From NCBI GenBank assembly GCA_900768545.1, contig CAAGDD010000004.1:83493-147492 (forward strand): a stretch of 64,000 nucleotides of DNA, in the 5' to 3' direction. The notes under the pieces are model-generated. The model saw only the letters and a list, made by a program, of their open reading frames with translations, searched no databases and was not told where the DNA came from. Both the position numbers and the translations under genes were made by a program. Positions within the stretch are counted from its first letter, which is position 1; each line of letters begins with the position of its first letter. The stretch is from Clostridia bacterium. GTDB taxonomy: Bacteria > Bacillota > Clostridia > Christensenellales > UBA1242. Of this stretch, positions 1-9,005 are shown in pieces.

Positions 1-737
1 GCAAAAGCAAATCAACAAAAAAACTTTATGAAAAATATCCAAAGCGAAAAGTTTTGACTTGTGTGAAAGATGGATTTGCTTATGCAAAAAACATAAGAGC
101 AAACAAAAATGGAAGTAGTTTTGACTTGCATATTTGTGACCAAGTTTTAACTTGCAAAACAAAGCTTTTGGGCAAGGCTAATATTGACAATATTGTTGTT
201 GCAAGCAGTATGGCGTATTTGTTGGGCGAAACTCTTTATAGCATTTTGAAAGGTATTGAAAAGCTCGACCCAATCCCACATCGATTGGAGATAGTGAAAG
301 GCGGAAAAGCGACAATTATTGACGATTCTTACAATTCGAATTTTGAAGGATTTTGCCAAGCACTTGAAGTTTTGAATATGTTTGACGGGCGAAAAATCGT
401 CGTTTCGCCGGGTGTTGTCGAACTTGGAAACAAACAATATGAAACAAACTTTCAGCTTGGGGAGATGGTTTTTGAAGTGGCTGATATTTTTGTGATTATG
501 AACAAAACAAACAAAGAAGCGTTGAGCCAAGGTGCAAAAAAATATTTGTTAAATTCAAAAAATAAAGATAAAAATACACAAAAAACTCAAAAAATTGTTA
601 AAAAAATCAAAAAAAATAACAAAAAACAGGTGTTTTTTGCAAATACGCGCGCAGAACAAGTAAATATTTTGAAAAATATTTTGCAAGATGGCGATGTCGT
701 TTTGTTTGAAAATGACTTGCCTGACAATTTTAAATAA
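1..737 (+). CDS. murF: UDP-N-acetylmuramoyl-tripeptide--D-alanyl-D-alanine ligase (MurF), C-terminal part; the 5' end lies outside the window
   Basis: The frame is open to the window edge. It has the Mur-ligase C-terminal signature IIDDSYNSN and is followed by ddl. There is a Lys-rich insertion near the C-terminus. Confidence 0.8.
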   Translation, partial: KSKSTKKLYEKYPKRKVLTCVKDGFAYAKNIRANKNGSSFDLHICDQVLTCKTKLLGKANIDNIVVASSMAYLLGETLYSILKGIEKLDPIPHRLEIVKGGKATIIDDSYNSNFEGFCQALEVLNMFDGRKIVVSPGVVELGNKQYETNFQLGEMVFEVADIFVIMNKTNKEALSQGAKKYLLNSKNKDKNTQKTQKIVKKIKKNNKKQVFFANTRAEQVNILKNILQDGDVVLFENDLPDNFK

Positions 738-754
738 AAAGAAAAGGTGGTGTT

Positions 755-1861
755 ATGAAGAAAAAATTGGTGGTGCTTTTTGGCGGGAAAAGTGTTGAGA
801 GTGACATATCTGTGATCACGGCGATGCAAGCTATTCAAAATCTTGACAAGTATTTTGACGCTTTGCCGATTTATATTGACAAGTGCGGAATTTGGTGGAT
901 AGGTGACAATCTTGACAAGGTGCAAACTTTTGAAAATTTCGAAAAAAACGCAAAAAACAAAAAGCAAGTGACGCTTGCTATTGGCGAGAAAATTTTGTAT
1001 GAGAAAAAACGAAACAAGTTTGTAGCGAATTGTGAAGTTGATTGTGTTTTGAATTGTTGTCACGGCGGTGGCGGTGAAGGCGGAGCGATTCAAGGTTTTT
1101 TGAGCGAATGCTCACTTGCGCAAACGAGCCCGCTTCAAACTAGCAGCGCACTTTGTATGGATAAGTGCTTTATGAAAGATATTTTCAAATCAAACGCCAT
1201 TACTTCGCCGCAATATGTGTGCATCAAAAAAGATGACTTTGACGGCGATTTGAAAACAATCACTTCGAAAATTAAATTTCCTCTTATCGTCAAGCCCTCG
1301 AATCTTGGCAGTAGCATTGGTATCAAGGTTTGTAAAAATGAAAAAGAACTTCAAAACGCACTTGATTTTGCTTTTGAATTTGACAACAAAATTTTGATCG
1401 AAAAGGTTGTTGAAAATTTGAAAGAGTTTAATTGTGCGTGCTTTAAATATCGCGATATGCTTTATTTTTCAAATGTCTGTGAAGTGACAGGAAAGGGTGA
1501 GATTTATTCGTTTGAAGACAAGTATTTGTCGAGCGCAGCAAAGAACAAAATAGCGGACAAAAAACTATCATCAAAAATTAAAATTTTGACAGAAAAAATT
1601 TACAAACTTTTCGATTGTAAAGGTGTTGTGAGAGTTGATTTTTTGTATGACGAAAAAAACAAAATTTTGTATGCAAACGAAATAAATACGATCCCAGGTT
1701 CACTGTCATTTTATATGTTTAAAGGCACAACTTTTAAAGACTTGTTGACCGCTTTGATTGAAGAAGCAAAACTTGATTTTGACAAACAAAAATCACTTGT
1801 AAAAAGTTTTAAAAGTGACGCAGTAAAAATTTTTGCCGAAACAAAAATAATCAAAAAATAA
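755..1861 (+). CDS. ddl: D-alanine--D-alanine ligase
   Basis: SD AAAAGGTGG precedes the ATG. N-terminal LFGGKSVESDISV and C-terminal ATP-grasp EINTIPGS motifs are typical of Ddl. Confidence 0.9.
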   Translation: MKKKLVVLFGGKSVESDISVITAMQAIQNLDKYFDALPIYIDKCGIWWIGDNLDKVQTFENFEKNAKNKKQVTLAIGEKILYEKKRNKFVANCEVDCVLNCCHGGGGEGGAIQGFLSECSLAQTSPLQTSSALCMDKCFMKDIFKSNAITSPQYVCIKKDDFDGDLKTITSKIKFPLIVKPSNLGSSIGIKVCKNEKELQNALDFAFEFDNKILIEKVVENLKEFNCACFKYRDMLYFSNVCEVTGKGEIYSFEDKYLSSAAKNKIADKKLSSKIKILTEKIYKLFDCKGVVRVDFLYDEKNKILYANEINTIPGSLSFYMFKGTTFKDLLTALIEEAKLDFDKQKSLVKSFKSDAVKIFAETKIIKK

Positions 1862-1883
1862 AAGAAAAACACTTAAAAACAAC

Positions 1884-1910
1884 AAAAAATGCGATTTTTT
1901 CGCATTTTTT
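1884..1910 (+). terminator. Intrinsic terminator after ddl
   Basis: Hairpin AAAAAATGCGA-ttttt-TCGCATTTTTT with a T-run. Confidence 0.6.
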
Positions 1911-2064
1911 AATGATTATTTTTGACTTTTTGTCACAAATTCTTAATTTTAATGTTGTTGATTTTATATTTTTTGCTGTGAAAAGAATGTCTAAAAAACA
2001 CTATTTTTGACATCACGACAACAAAATGTTTTTGACATATTAAAATGAAATAAAAGGAGAAATT

Positions 2065-3549
2065 ATGCTTTTAAAAAATCTATTTGAAAATGTTTGTTGT
2101 GATAAAAATGTCTTAAAAAAAATTGAAAATTTTGATGTGAAAAATATTACAAAAGACTGCGAGAATATTTCAAAAAATTGTGTTTATTTTTGTTTGACTG
2201 ACGAGAAAATCAAAGCACAAAAACGATGTGAAATTGCACTTCAAAATGGTGCGGATTTGATATTTTCAAACTTTGATTTTGACAGCGAAAAACATATCAA
2301 ACTTTCGTCTTGTCGAAAAGCGTTTTCGGCGTGCTGTGCAAATTTTTATGATCACGCTTGTGACAAAATGAAGATTGTGGGCATAACGGGCACAAATGGC
2401 AAAACTTCAATTTGCAGCATAGTCAATCAAATTTTGTCGCAAAACAATGTTAAGGTCGGCGTGATTGGCACAAACGGAGTTTTTTATGACGGCAAAGAAT
2501 TTCCTTGTTCGCTCACAACGCCCGACGCTGATTTTTTGCACAAGACATTTTTTGACATGCACAAAGCAGGCGTCGAAGTGGTGGTCATGGAAGTTTCTGC
2601 GCATGCTGTTGTGCAAAATCGTATTGACGACATAACGTTTGAAGTTGGAGTCTTGTCAAACATCACGCAAGATCACCTTGACTATTTTAAAACAATGGAA
2701 AACTATCAAAAGGCGAAACTCGACTTTATCAAAAGAGACTGCGTTTTGCACAAAATCGCTTGCATTGATGATGAGCGAATTTTTAAAAATCTGGATTTTG
2801 AAAAGTTTAATGTTTTGTCTTATGGAGTTAAAAATCCTGCCGACATTTTTGCGATTGACACAAAATATTCACTTTTGGGCACAACATTTGTGGCAAATGT
2901 AAACGACGAAATTGTGCTTTCAAAAAACAAATTGGTCGGGCTTTGGAATGTTTACAACTCACTTGCCGCGCTTGCCGTTTGTCAAGTTTTGGGGCTTGAT
3001 AGCAAACAACTTGAAAGTGGGATTTGTGCCGTCACGCCGATAGACGGGCGATTTAATGTTTTGACAGTGCTTGGGCGAAGCGTAATCATCGATTTTGCAC
3101 ATTCTCCTGACAGTTTGAAAAATGTTTTGCTCACCGTCAAAAATTTGTGCAAAGGCAGAGTCTTTCTTGTGTTTGGCTGTGGCGGAAATCGTGACAAGAC
3201 CAAGCGAATCGAGATGGGAAAAGTGGCGCAAGAATTTGCTGACGTGGTTTGTTTGACTGATGACAATCCGCGTTTTGAAGATGAAATGCAAATCGTATCT
3301 GACATTGAGAAGGGGCTAACAAAGCCGCATTATGTCGAGCTTGACCGCCAGAAAGCGATTGAAAAAATGATCAAACTCTCTAGCGCCGCCGACTTTGTTT
3401 TGGTGGCTGGAAAAGGTGCAGAAAAATATCAAGAAAAAGACGGGAAAAAGATTTTTTACAACGATTTTGACGCGGTTTTAAAAATTTCAAAATCAAGACT
3501 TAAAAATTTGAAAAACAACGACCAAAATTTTTCTCAAAATCAAGAATAG
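2065..3549 (+). CDS. murE: UDP-N-acetylmuramoyl-L-alanyl-D-glutamate--2,6-diaminopimelate ligase
   Basis: SD AAGGAG. Contains the P-loop GITGTNGKTS and a DNPR motif (LTDDNPRFED), which is characteristic of meso-DAP-adding MurE. Confidence 0.9.
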   Translation: MLLKNLFENVCCDKNVLKKIENFDVKNITKDCENISKNCVYFCLTDEKIKAQKRCEIALQNGADLIFSNFDFDSEKHIKLSSCRKAFSACCANFYDHACDKMKIVGITGTNGKTSICSIVNQILSQNNVKVGVIGTNGVFYDGKEFPCSLTTPDADFLHKTFFDMHKAGVEVVVMEVSAHAVVQNRIDDITFEVGVLSNITQDHLDYFKTMENYQKAKLDFIKRDCVLHKIACIDDERIFKNLDFEKFNVLSYGVKNPADIFAIDTKYSLLGTTFVANVNDEIVLSKNKLVGLWNVYNSLAALAVCQVLGLDSKQLESGICAVTPIDGRFNVLTVLGRSVIIDFAHSPDSLKNVLLTVKNLCKGRVFLVFGCGGNRDKTKRIEMGKVAQEFADVVCLTDDNPRFEDEMQIVSDIEKGLTKPHYVELDRQKAIEKMIKLSSAADFVLVAGKGAEKYQEKDGKKIFYNDFDAVLKISKSRLKNLKNNDQNFSQNQE

Positions 3550-3591
3550 GTCAGTTTTACAAAAGAACGAAACGATTTTTGACGAGGACTT

Positions 3592-4560
3592 ATGACAATA
3601 AAATATCTTGTTTGTGGGCTGTTTTGCTTGTTGTTTTCGAGCGTTATTTCGCCTGTGATTTTGTGGTTTTGCAAGAAAATGAAGGCGTCGCAAAGCATTT
3701 TGCATTATGTGGACAAGCACGCCAGCAAAGAAGGCACGCCGACAATGGGTGGCATTATTTTTGTGCTGACAGCGATTTTTTCGGCTTGTTTTTTGTTTGA
3801 TGAAGCACAATTTTTGGCTTGGTTTGCACTCGCGGTGACTTTTGCTTATGGCATGCTTGGCTTTTTAGACGATTTTATAAAAGTCCATTTTCACCACAAC
3901 GAAGGACTCAAACCTTATCAAAAAATCGTTGGACAAGTCGGCATTGCGATTATCGTTGGGCTGTTTTTGTATTATTCGGGACGGACAAGCATTTCGTTTT
4001 TCGCGTTCACTTTTGAAATTGGTTGGTGGGTCGTTCCGCTCACAGTTTTGGTGCTGGTCGCAACCGCAAATAGCGTAAATTTGACTGACGGGCTTGACGG
4101 GCTTGCTGGCGGCGTGTCGTTTGTTTACATTTTAATTTTTGGAATAATTTTGGTACTTTTAAACAATATCGAATTTCAAAATTTGGCGATCTTGTGTTTT
4201 GGACTTTGTGGCGGAATTTTGGGCTTTTTGCTTTTAAACTGCTTCCCTGCAAAAATCTTCATGGGCGACACCGGCTCGCTTGCGCTGGGCGGCTTTATTG
4301 GCGTCATCGCGGTTTTGTCGGGGTGCGAACTTCTTATTCCGATTATGGGGGTTATGTTTGTTTTGTCGGCGTTGTCGGATATCATTCAAGTTTTGCATTA
4401 CAAACGCACAAAAAAGCGAGTATTTTTGATGGCTCCACTTCATCATCATTTTGAAAAGAAAGGCATTCACGAAAACAAAATTGTCGTCGCATATATCGCT
4501 ATCACCGCGGCGTTTTGCATTATGACATTGATTTTGATGATAAAATTTGGCATTCAATAA
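3592..4560 (+). CDS. mraY: Phospho-N-acetylmuramoyl-pentapeptide transferase
   Basis: Polytopic membrane protein with motifs KEGTPTMGG, NLTDGLDGLA, FMGDTGSLALGG and APLHHHFE. Confidence 0.95.
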   Translation: MTIKYLVCGLFCLLFSSVISPVILWFCKKMKASQSILHYVDKHASKEGTPTMGGIIFVLTAIFSACFLFDEAQFLAWFALAVTFAYGMLGFLDDFIKVHFHHNEGLKPYQKIVGQVGIAIIVGLFLYYSGRTSISFFAFTFEIGWWVVPLTVLVLVATANSVNLTDGLDGLAGGVSFVYILIFGIILVLLNNIEFQNLAILCFGLCGGILGFLLLNCFPAKIFMGDTGSLALGGFIGVIAVLSGCELLIPIMGVMFVLSALSDIIQVLHYKRTKKRVFLMAPLHHHFEKKGIHENKIVVAYIAITAAFCIMTLILMIKFGIQ

Positions 4561-4608
4561 AGTTATAAAATCGGCGGGAACATTCATAAAATATTGAAAG
4601 GTGATTTT

Positions 4609-5910
4609 ATGAGACTGAAAAACAAAAAAGCTTTGGTTTATGGGCTTGGCGACAGTGGACGAGCTGTAATAAATTTTTTGAAAAAGAAAGACGCGAAAGT
4701 CAGTTTTTATGACGACGATATAAAATATTTTGAATATGTTGGCTTTGAGCGAAACCCGTTTGACAAGCATTATGACTTTGTTGTTGTAAGCCCCGGGATC
4801 GTTTGCCAAGGAAACAAACTTTTGCAAGTTTTGAAGCAAAAAAATATTCCAATTATGTCTGAAATTGACTTTGCATATCACTTTGCAAAAGGAAAAATTG
4901 TCGCCGTCACGGGCACAAACGGAAAGACCACAGTTTGTATGCTTGTAAACAAAATTTTAAAAGAAGCGGGCTACAAAACTTTTTTGTGCGGCAATATCGG
5001 CTTGCCTTTTTCGGCGGTCTGTGAAAAGACAACAAAAAAGAGTGTGACAGTTTGTGAAGTGTCAAATTTTCAACTCGAAACAAGCAATATTTTTCGCGCA
5101 AACGTGGCTTGCATTTTAAATTTGAAGCCTGATCATCTTGACCGTCATGGCACTTTTGAAGAGTATAAAAAGATCAAAGAAAAGCTTGCACAAAACTTAA
5201 AATGCAAAGATGTTTTAATTTTAAATTTTGATGACGAAAATACAAAAAAGATGATTTTGCATAAAAATTTTCAGTTTTTTTCAAAAAAAATGCTAAAAAA
5301 AGGTGTTTTTGTGAAAAACAATCAAATTTTTGTTAAGAAAAAATCCGTTTTGAGTTTAAACGAAATAAAACTTTTGGGCGAAAAAAATCTTGAAAATGTT
5401 TTGGCTGCGGTCGCGATTTGCTCACACTTCAAAGTTTCGCCTACTGATTTTTCGCGTGCGATTTTTTCGTTTAAGCCAGCATCGCATCGAATCCAACTTG
5501 TCGGCACAATCGGCGGGGTGAATTTTGTTGATGACAGCAAGGCGACAAATGTTGCATCGACCATCGCGTGCGTTGAAGCGTTTTTAAAAGAAAACAAAAT
5601 TTTGCTTATGGGCGGGCAAGGGAAAGATATCGATTATGGAGAATTGTTTTCAAAAAATTTCGCAATAAAAAAGGTTGTTTGTTTTGGTGCTGACGGGAAA
5701 AACATTTTCAAAAGCGCAAAGTCGTTTGGCTATGATTCGATTTTGTTTGAAAAGTTTGCTGACGCAGTTTTATATTCCAAAAAATTGGCTCAAAGCGGTG
5801 ACTATGTTTTGCTTTCGCCAGCGTGTTCAAGCTTTGACGAATTTTCTTCTTATGCCGAGCGTGGCGACAAATTTCGAAAGTTGATTTTGGAGAGTGACGA
5901 TGAAGTTTGA
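4609..5910 (+). CDS. murD: UDP-N-acetylmuramoylalanine--D-glutamate ligase
   Basis: The ATG at 4609 follows SD GAAAGGTGA; the track start at 4594 is a TTG without an SD. It has N-terminal GLGDSGRA and the P-loop GTNGKTT. Confidence 0.9.
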   Translation: MRLKNKKALVYGLGDSGRAVINFLKKKDAKVSFYDDDIKYFEYVGFERNPFDKHYDFVVVSPGIVCQGNKLLQVLKQKNIPIMSEIDFAYHFAKGKIVAVTGTNGKTTVCMLVNKILKEAGYKTFLCGNIGLPFSAVCEKTTKKSVTVCEVSNFQLETSNIFRANVACILNLKPDHLDRHGTFEEYKKIKEKLAQNLKCKDVLILNFDDENTKKMILHKNFQFFSKKMLKKGVFVKNNQIFVKKKSVLSLNEIKLLGEKNLENVLAAVAICSHFKVSPTDFSRAIFSFKPASHRIQLVGTIGGVNFVDDSKATNVASTIACVEAFLKENKILLMGGQGKDIDYGELFSKNFAIKKVVCFGADGKNIFKSAKSFGYDSILFEKFADAVLYSKKLAQSGDYVLLSPACSSFDEFSSYAERGDKFRKLILESDDEV

Positions 5911-7018
5911 TTTGTCAAAGAAAAAACTTTTTTCAAAACAACAAATTTTTGTGATAATTTTGGTCTTGTTTTTGGTCGCATTTGGCTGCGTTATGGTTTA
6001 TAGCGCGAGCAGTTATTCGGCAAATTATAAATACAAAAACGAATGTTTTTTTGTGTTTAAACAACTTTTCGGCATAGTCTTGGGACTGTTTGCAATGTTC
6101 TTTTTCGCATTTTTTGATTATCACCTTTTGAAAAAGTTTCGATATTGGATTTTGGGCGTGTCGGTTGTCTTGCTCGTGCTTGTTTTTGTGCCGGGTTTTG
6201 GCGTGCAAAGTTATGGCGCAAATCGTTGGGTCAATCTGTTTGGCGTGTCGATTCAGCCGTCAGAAATCACAAAATTTGCGCTTGTGCTGTTTTTGGCGTG
6301 TTATCTGTCAGAAAATCATGACAAGGTCAAGACTTTCAAAGGACTGATTTTGCCGCTCGCAGTCGCTGGCATTTTATGTCTGCTGGTCATTATCGAGCCG
6401 AGTATGAGCGTGACAATGTGCTTGGCTTTTGTGACTTTTTTGATGTTGATTATGGGCGGAATGAGCAAAAAACACACTATTTTGTTTTCGTGCATGGCGG
6501 GCGCAATGGTGCCAGTGCTGATTGTCGCCGAGCCATATAGACTCAAACGACTTTTTGCATTTTTAAACCCTTGGGCGTCACCACAAGGCGAAGGATTTCA
6601 ACTTATTCAGTCGCTTTATGGGCTGGGCAACGGCGGCTGGTTTGGCGTTGGGCTTTTCAATAGCAGACAAAAATATCTGTTTTTGCCTTTTGCAGAATCT
6701 GACTTCATATTTTCGATTATCGGAGAAGAACTTGGTCTCGTGGGTGCGATTGCTCTTTTGTGCATATATTCAACTTTGGTGTTTTGTTTGTTCAAAATCG
6801 CTCTCAACGCAAAAGACCGCTTCGGCTGCCTTTTGTCTTGTGGAGTCGCACTTGTCATTGCCGTGCAAACAATTTTAAATGTCGCCGTTGTCACAGGTTC
6901 TATCCCGCCGACCGGCTTGCCACTTCCGTTTATCTCGTCTGGCGGAACTTCCGTCGCGGTCTTTATGGCAGCAATCGGCGTCGCCCTAAATGTCGCAAGA
7001 CAGAGCAAAAAAATTTAA
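5900..7018 (+). CDS. ftsW: SEDS-family peptidoglycan glycosyltransferase (FtsW/RodA/SpoVE type)
   Basis: About 10 TM helices. Motifs NRWVNLFGVSIQPSEITK and LPLPFISSGGTS. It sits after murD and overlaps the murD stop. It could be the spoVE orthologue in a spore former. Confidence 0.85.
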   Translation: MKFDLSKKKLFSKQQIFVIILVLFLVAFGCVMVYSASSYSANYKYKNECFFVFKQLFGIVLGLFAMFFFAFFDYHLLKKFRYWILGVSVVLLVLVFVPGFGVQSYGANRWVNLFGVSIQPSEITKFALVLFLACYLSENHDKVKTFKGLILPLAVAGILCLLVIIEPSMSVTMCLAFVTFLMLIMGGMSKKHTILFSCMAGAMVPVLIVAEPYRLKRLFAFLNPWASPQGEGFQLIQSLYGLGNGGWFGVGLFNSRQKYLFLPFAESDFIFSIIGEELGLVGAIALLCIYSTLVFCLFKIALNAKDRFGCLLSCGVALVIAVQTILNVAVVTGSIPPTGLPLPFISSGGTSVAVFMAAIGVALNVARQSKKI

Positions 7019-7101
7019 AAATCTCGTCTGTCAAGATCAAAAAAATAGGCATAAATAGAAAGAAGTCTAAAGTTTTGTGAAAAATATAATGAAAAACTGA
7101 G

Positions 7102-7130
7102 TTGACATTTCAATTTCAATGTTTTATCAT
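7102..7130 (+). promoter_or_regulatory. Sigma-A-type promoter TTGACA-17 nt-TATCAT
   Basis: The -35 box is at 7102-7107 and the -10 box at 7125-7130, with a 17-nt spacer. It lies upstream of the mini-ORF and the M20 gene. Confidence 0.5.
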
Positions 7131-7153
7131 AAAAACATAAAAGGAGAAAAAGA

Positions 7154-7346
7154 ATGTTTAATATGAATATGTTTTGGCATCATAATTAGTCATTCTCAAA
7201 ACTGAAATATGTTTTGTGAATGGTTTTTTATGCGTCGCAAAACATATTTAAGATGGATTAGGGTCTTTTAATAAGGCGAAATAAAATCTTTTAAAATATA
7301 AACCTGTTGATATGTTTTGTAAAATCAAACGCTCAACAGGTTTTTT
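7154..7346 (+). promoter_or_regulatory. Candidate leader peptide (MFNMNMFWHHN, 7154-7189) plus alternative hairpins and a terminator: a putative attenuator of the M20 peptidase gene
   Basis: SD AAGGAG at 7141-7146. The decamer ATATGTTTTG occurs three times (7167, 7207, 7310) and its complement CAAAACATAT once (7238). Terminator stem 7300-7310/7333-7343 is followed by T6. Confidence 0.35.
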
Positions 7347-7364
7347 AATTTAAAGGAGATTTAT

Positions 7365-8444
7365 ATGAAAAATTTAGAGAAATTGGTCGGATTAAAATCT
7401 GACGAAAACTGCAATGAAATTTTAAAATTTTTGAAAAACGAATTGACCAAAAAGGTTAAAGAAATTGAAATTTTGGGCGATGACACCAAGATTTTGATCG
7501 CGGGCTTAAACTGCAATTTAAACGACATTGAGCCGATTGTTTTGTCGGGGCACATTGACACAGTTGGCGCAAATATGCAACTTTACAAAACAAATCCGTT
7601 TGAACTAACAAAAATTGGTGACAAGGCTTTTGGGCTTGGAAGCATTGATATGAAAAGTTTTACAGCAGTCGTATTGGACAGAATTGAAGAAATCAAAAAC
7701 TTGGGCGTGCCAGTAATTTTGGCACTTACGACCGACGAAGAAACAAAGTTGAAGTCGATCGAACTTATGATCAAAACCTTCAAAGACAAAAATATCAAGC
7801 CAAAGTTTACAATTTTGGGCGAACCTACAAAAAGTGAATTTAATTTGTGCTCAAACGCTTGTTATGAATATAGTGCCGAGTTTTTTGGAAAGGCGTGCCA
7901 CAGCAGCAAAATCAACGAAGGAATAAACGCAATTTGCGCGTGCGCAAAACTTGTAAGTTTTATTGAAGAAAGACAAAAATGTTATGAATTGACATCAAAT
8001 TGCGGTGTGATCAAGGGCGGCGAAGTTGTCAACAAAGTCCCAGATTATGCCAAACTTAAATTTGATATTCGTTCGATCGAAGCGAAAGATATTGAAAATT
8101 TTGTCAAAGATATAAACGACTATATGTCAACCTTGCAAAAACAATATGACGGGCTTTCGGCAAACCTTAAACAAATTTTAGCGATCCCTGCTTTCAATAT
8201 GTTTAAAAATGACAAAATTCAAAATATGGCAAAGGATCTAGACATAAAAACTGCCGCGTTTTCGGGTGGTTGTGAAGCTGGATATTACACTGCCTATGTT
8301 GGCGATTCAATCATTTTTGGTGTTGGCGATTTGTCACTTGCTCACAAGCCAAACGAATATGTTGTGATTGACGAATATTACAAATATTCTGCCAAACTTT
8401 TGTCAGTGCTTCAATATGTTGAAAAGGCATATTTTGCAAAATAA
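7365..8444 (+). CDS. M20-family metallopeptidase/deacylase (ArgE/DapE-like); substrate unknown
   Basis: SD AAAGGAG. Metal-ligand motifs SGHIDTV, GSIDMKS and TTDEET are typical of the M20 family. Confidence 0.8.
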   Translation: MKNLEKLVGLKSDENCNEILKFLKNELTKKVKEIEILGDDTKILIAGLNCNLNDIEPIVLSGHIDTVGANMQLYKTNPFELTKIGDKAFGLGSIDMKSFTAVVLDRIEEIKNLGVPVILALTTDEETKLKSIELMIKTFKDKNIKPKFTILGEPTKSEFNLCSNACYEYSAEFFGKACHSSKINEGINAICACAKLVSFIEERQKCYELTSNCGVIKGGEVVNKVPDYAKLKFDIRSIEAKDIENFVKDINDYMSTLQKQYDGLSANLKQILAIPAFNMFKNDKIQNMAKDLDIKTAAFSGGCEAGYYTAYVGDSIIFGVGDLSLAHKPNEYVVIDEYYKYSAKLLSVLQYVEKAYFAK

Positions 8445-8482
8445 TCAAAATTTCAATTTGCAAAAACGCCGAAATTTCGGTC

Positions 8483-8510
8483 TTGACTTCTGGTCAAAAC
8501 TTGATAAAAT
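8483..8510 (+). promoter_or_regulatory. Sigma-A-type promoter TTGACT-16 nt-TAAAAT upstream of the decayed GNAT gene
   Basis: -35 at 8483-8488 and -10 at 8505-8510. Confidence 0.45.
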
Positions 8511-8542
8511 ATCTTCATTAAATTGTTGAAAAAGGGGATATT

Positions 8543-8916
8543 ATGAAAAAGATTTACAAAATATGTTCAAGAAAATTTTTCGACATATTTTAAAAATTTC
8601 ACAACAGAAGATGTTGAAAATTAAATTGAAAAATGGCAGGTGTGGCTTGGCTTTTGCATAGTTTATGATAGTCAAAAAGTCGGGCTAATTTCACTCGGTG
8701 AAAAACAAGACAAAACATTGAATTTTTGCATTATGATTTTGCCAAATTTTCGCAAAAAAGGTATTGCAACATCTGCTTTTGATTTGGCGAAAAATGTTTC
8801 AAAAAGCAAAGGATATTTAATCATAACATCATCTTGCGCGAAAAGAAAATCTCGCAAGCGAAAACTTGCACAAAAAGCTTGGATTTGACCTTAAAAAGAA
8901 GAAGAAAAAAGCCTAA
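8543..8916 (+). pseudogene. GNAT-family N-acetyltransferase, disrupted by a frameshift near the start, an in-frame TAA at 8622, and a frameshift in an A-rich run near 8841
   Basis: The GNAT core GLISL...ILPNFRKKGIATSAFDLAK is in frame 0. The typical C-terminus KENLASENLHKKLGFDL is readable only in frame +1, with its stop at 8914-8916. The ATG at 8543 with SD AAAGGGG is in a third frame. Confidence 0.55.
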
Positions 8917-9005
8917 ACGGCACAGATATGCTTCGCTCGCTGGAAAACGAAAATATAAATTCCTCCTTTTGTTTCAAAAATTTTTCAAATTTCATAAATA
9001 AAGTT

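Noticed and set aside
8928-9005. Upstream-extended starts given in the ORF track: murA 8928, der 28894, trxB 40413, serS 19622, ftsA 19797, lipoprotein 59456, murD 4594 and feoA 26545.
   Set aside because: In each case a downstream ATG with a proper SD gives an N-terminus matching the family consensus. The extensions lack an SD and add non-conserved residues.
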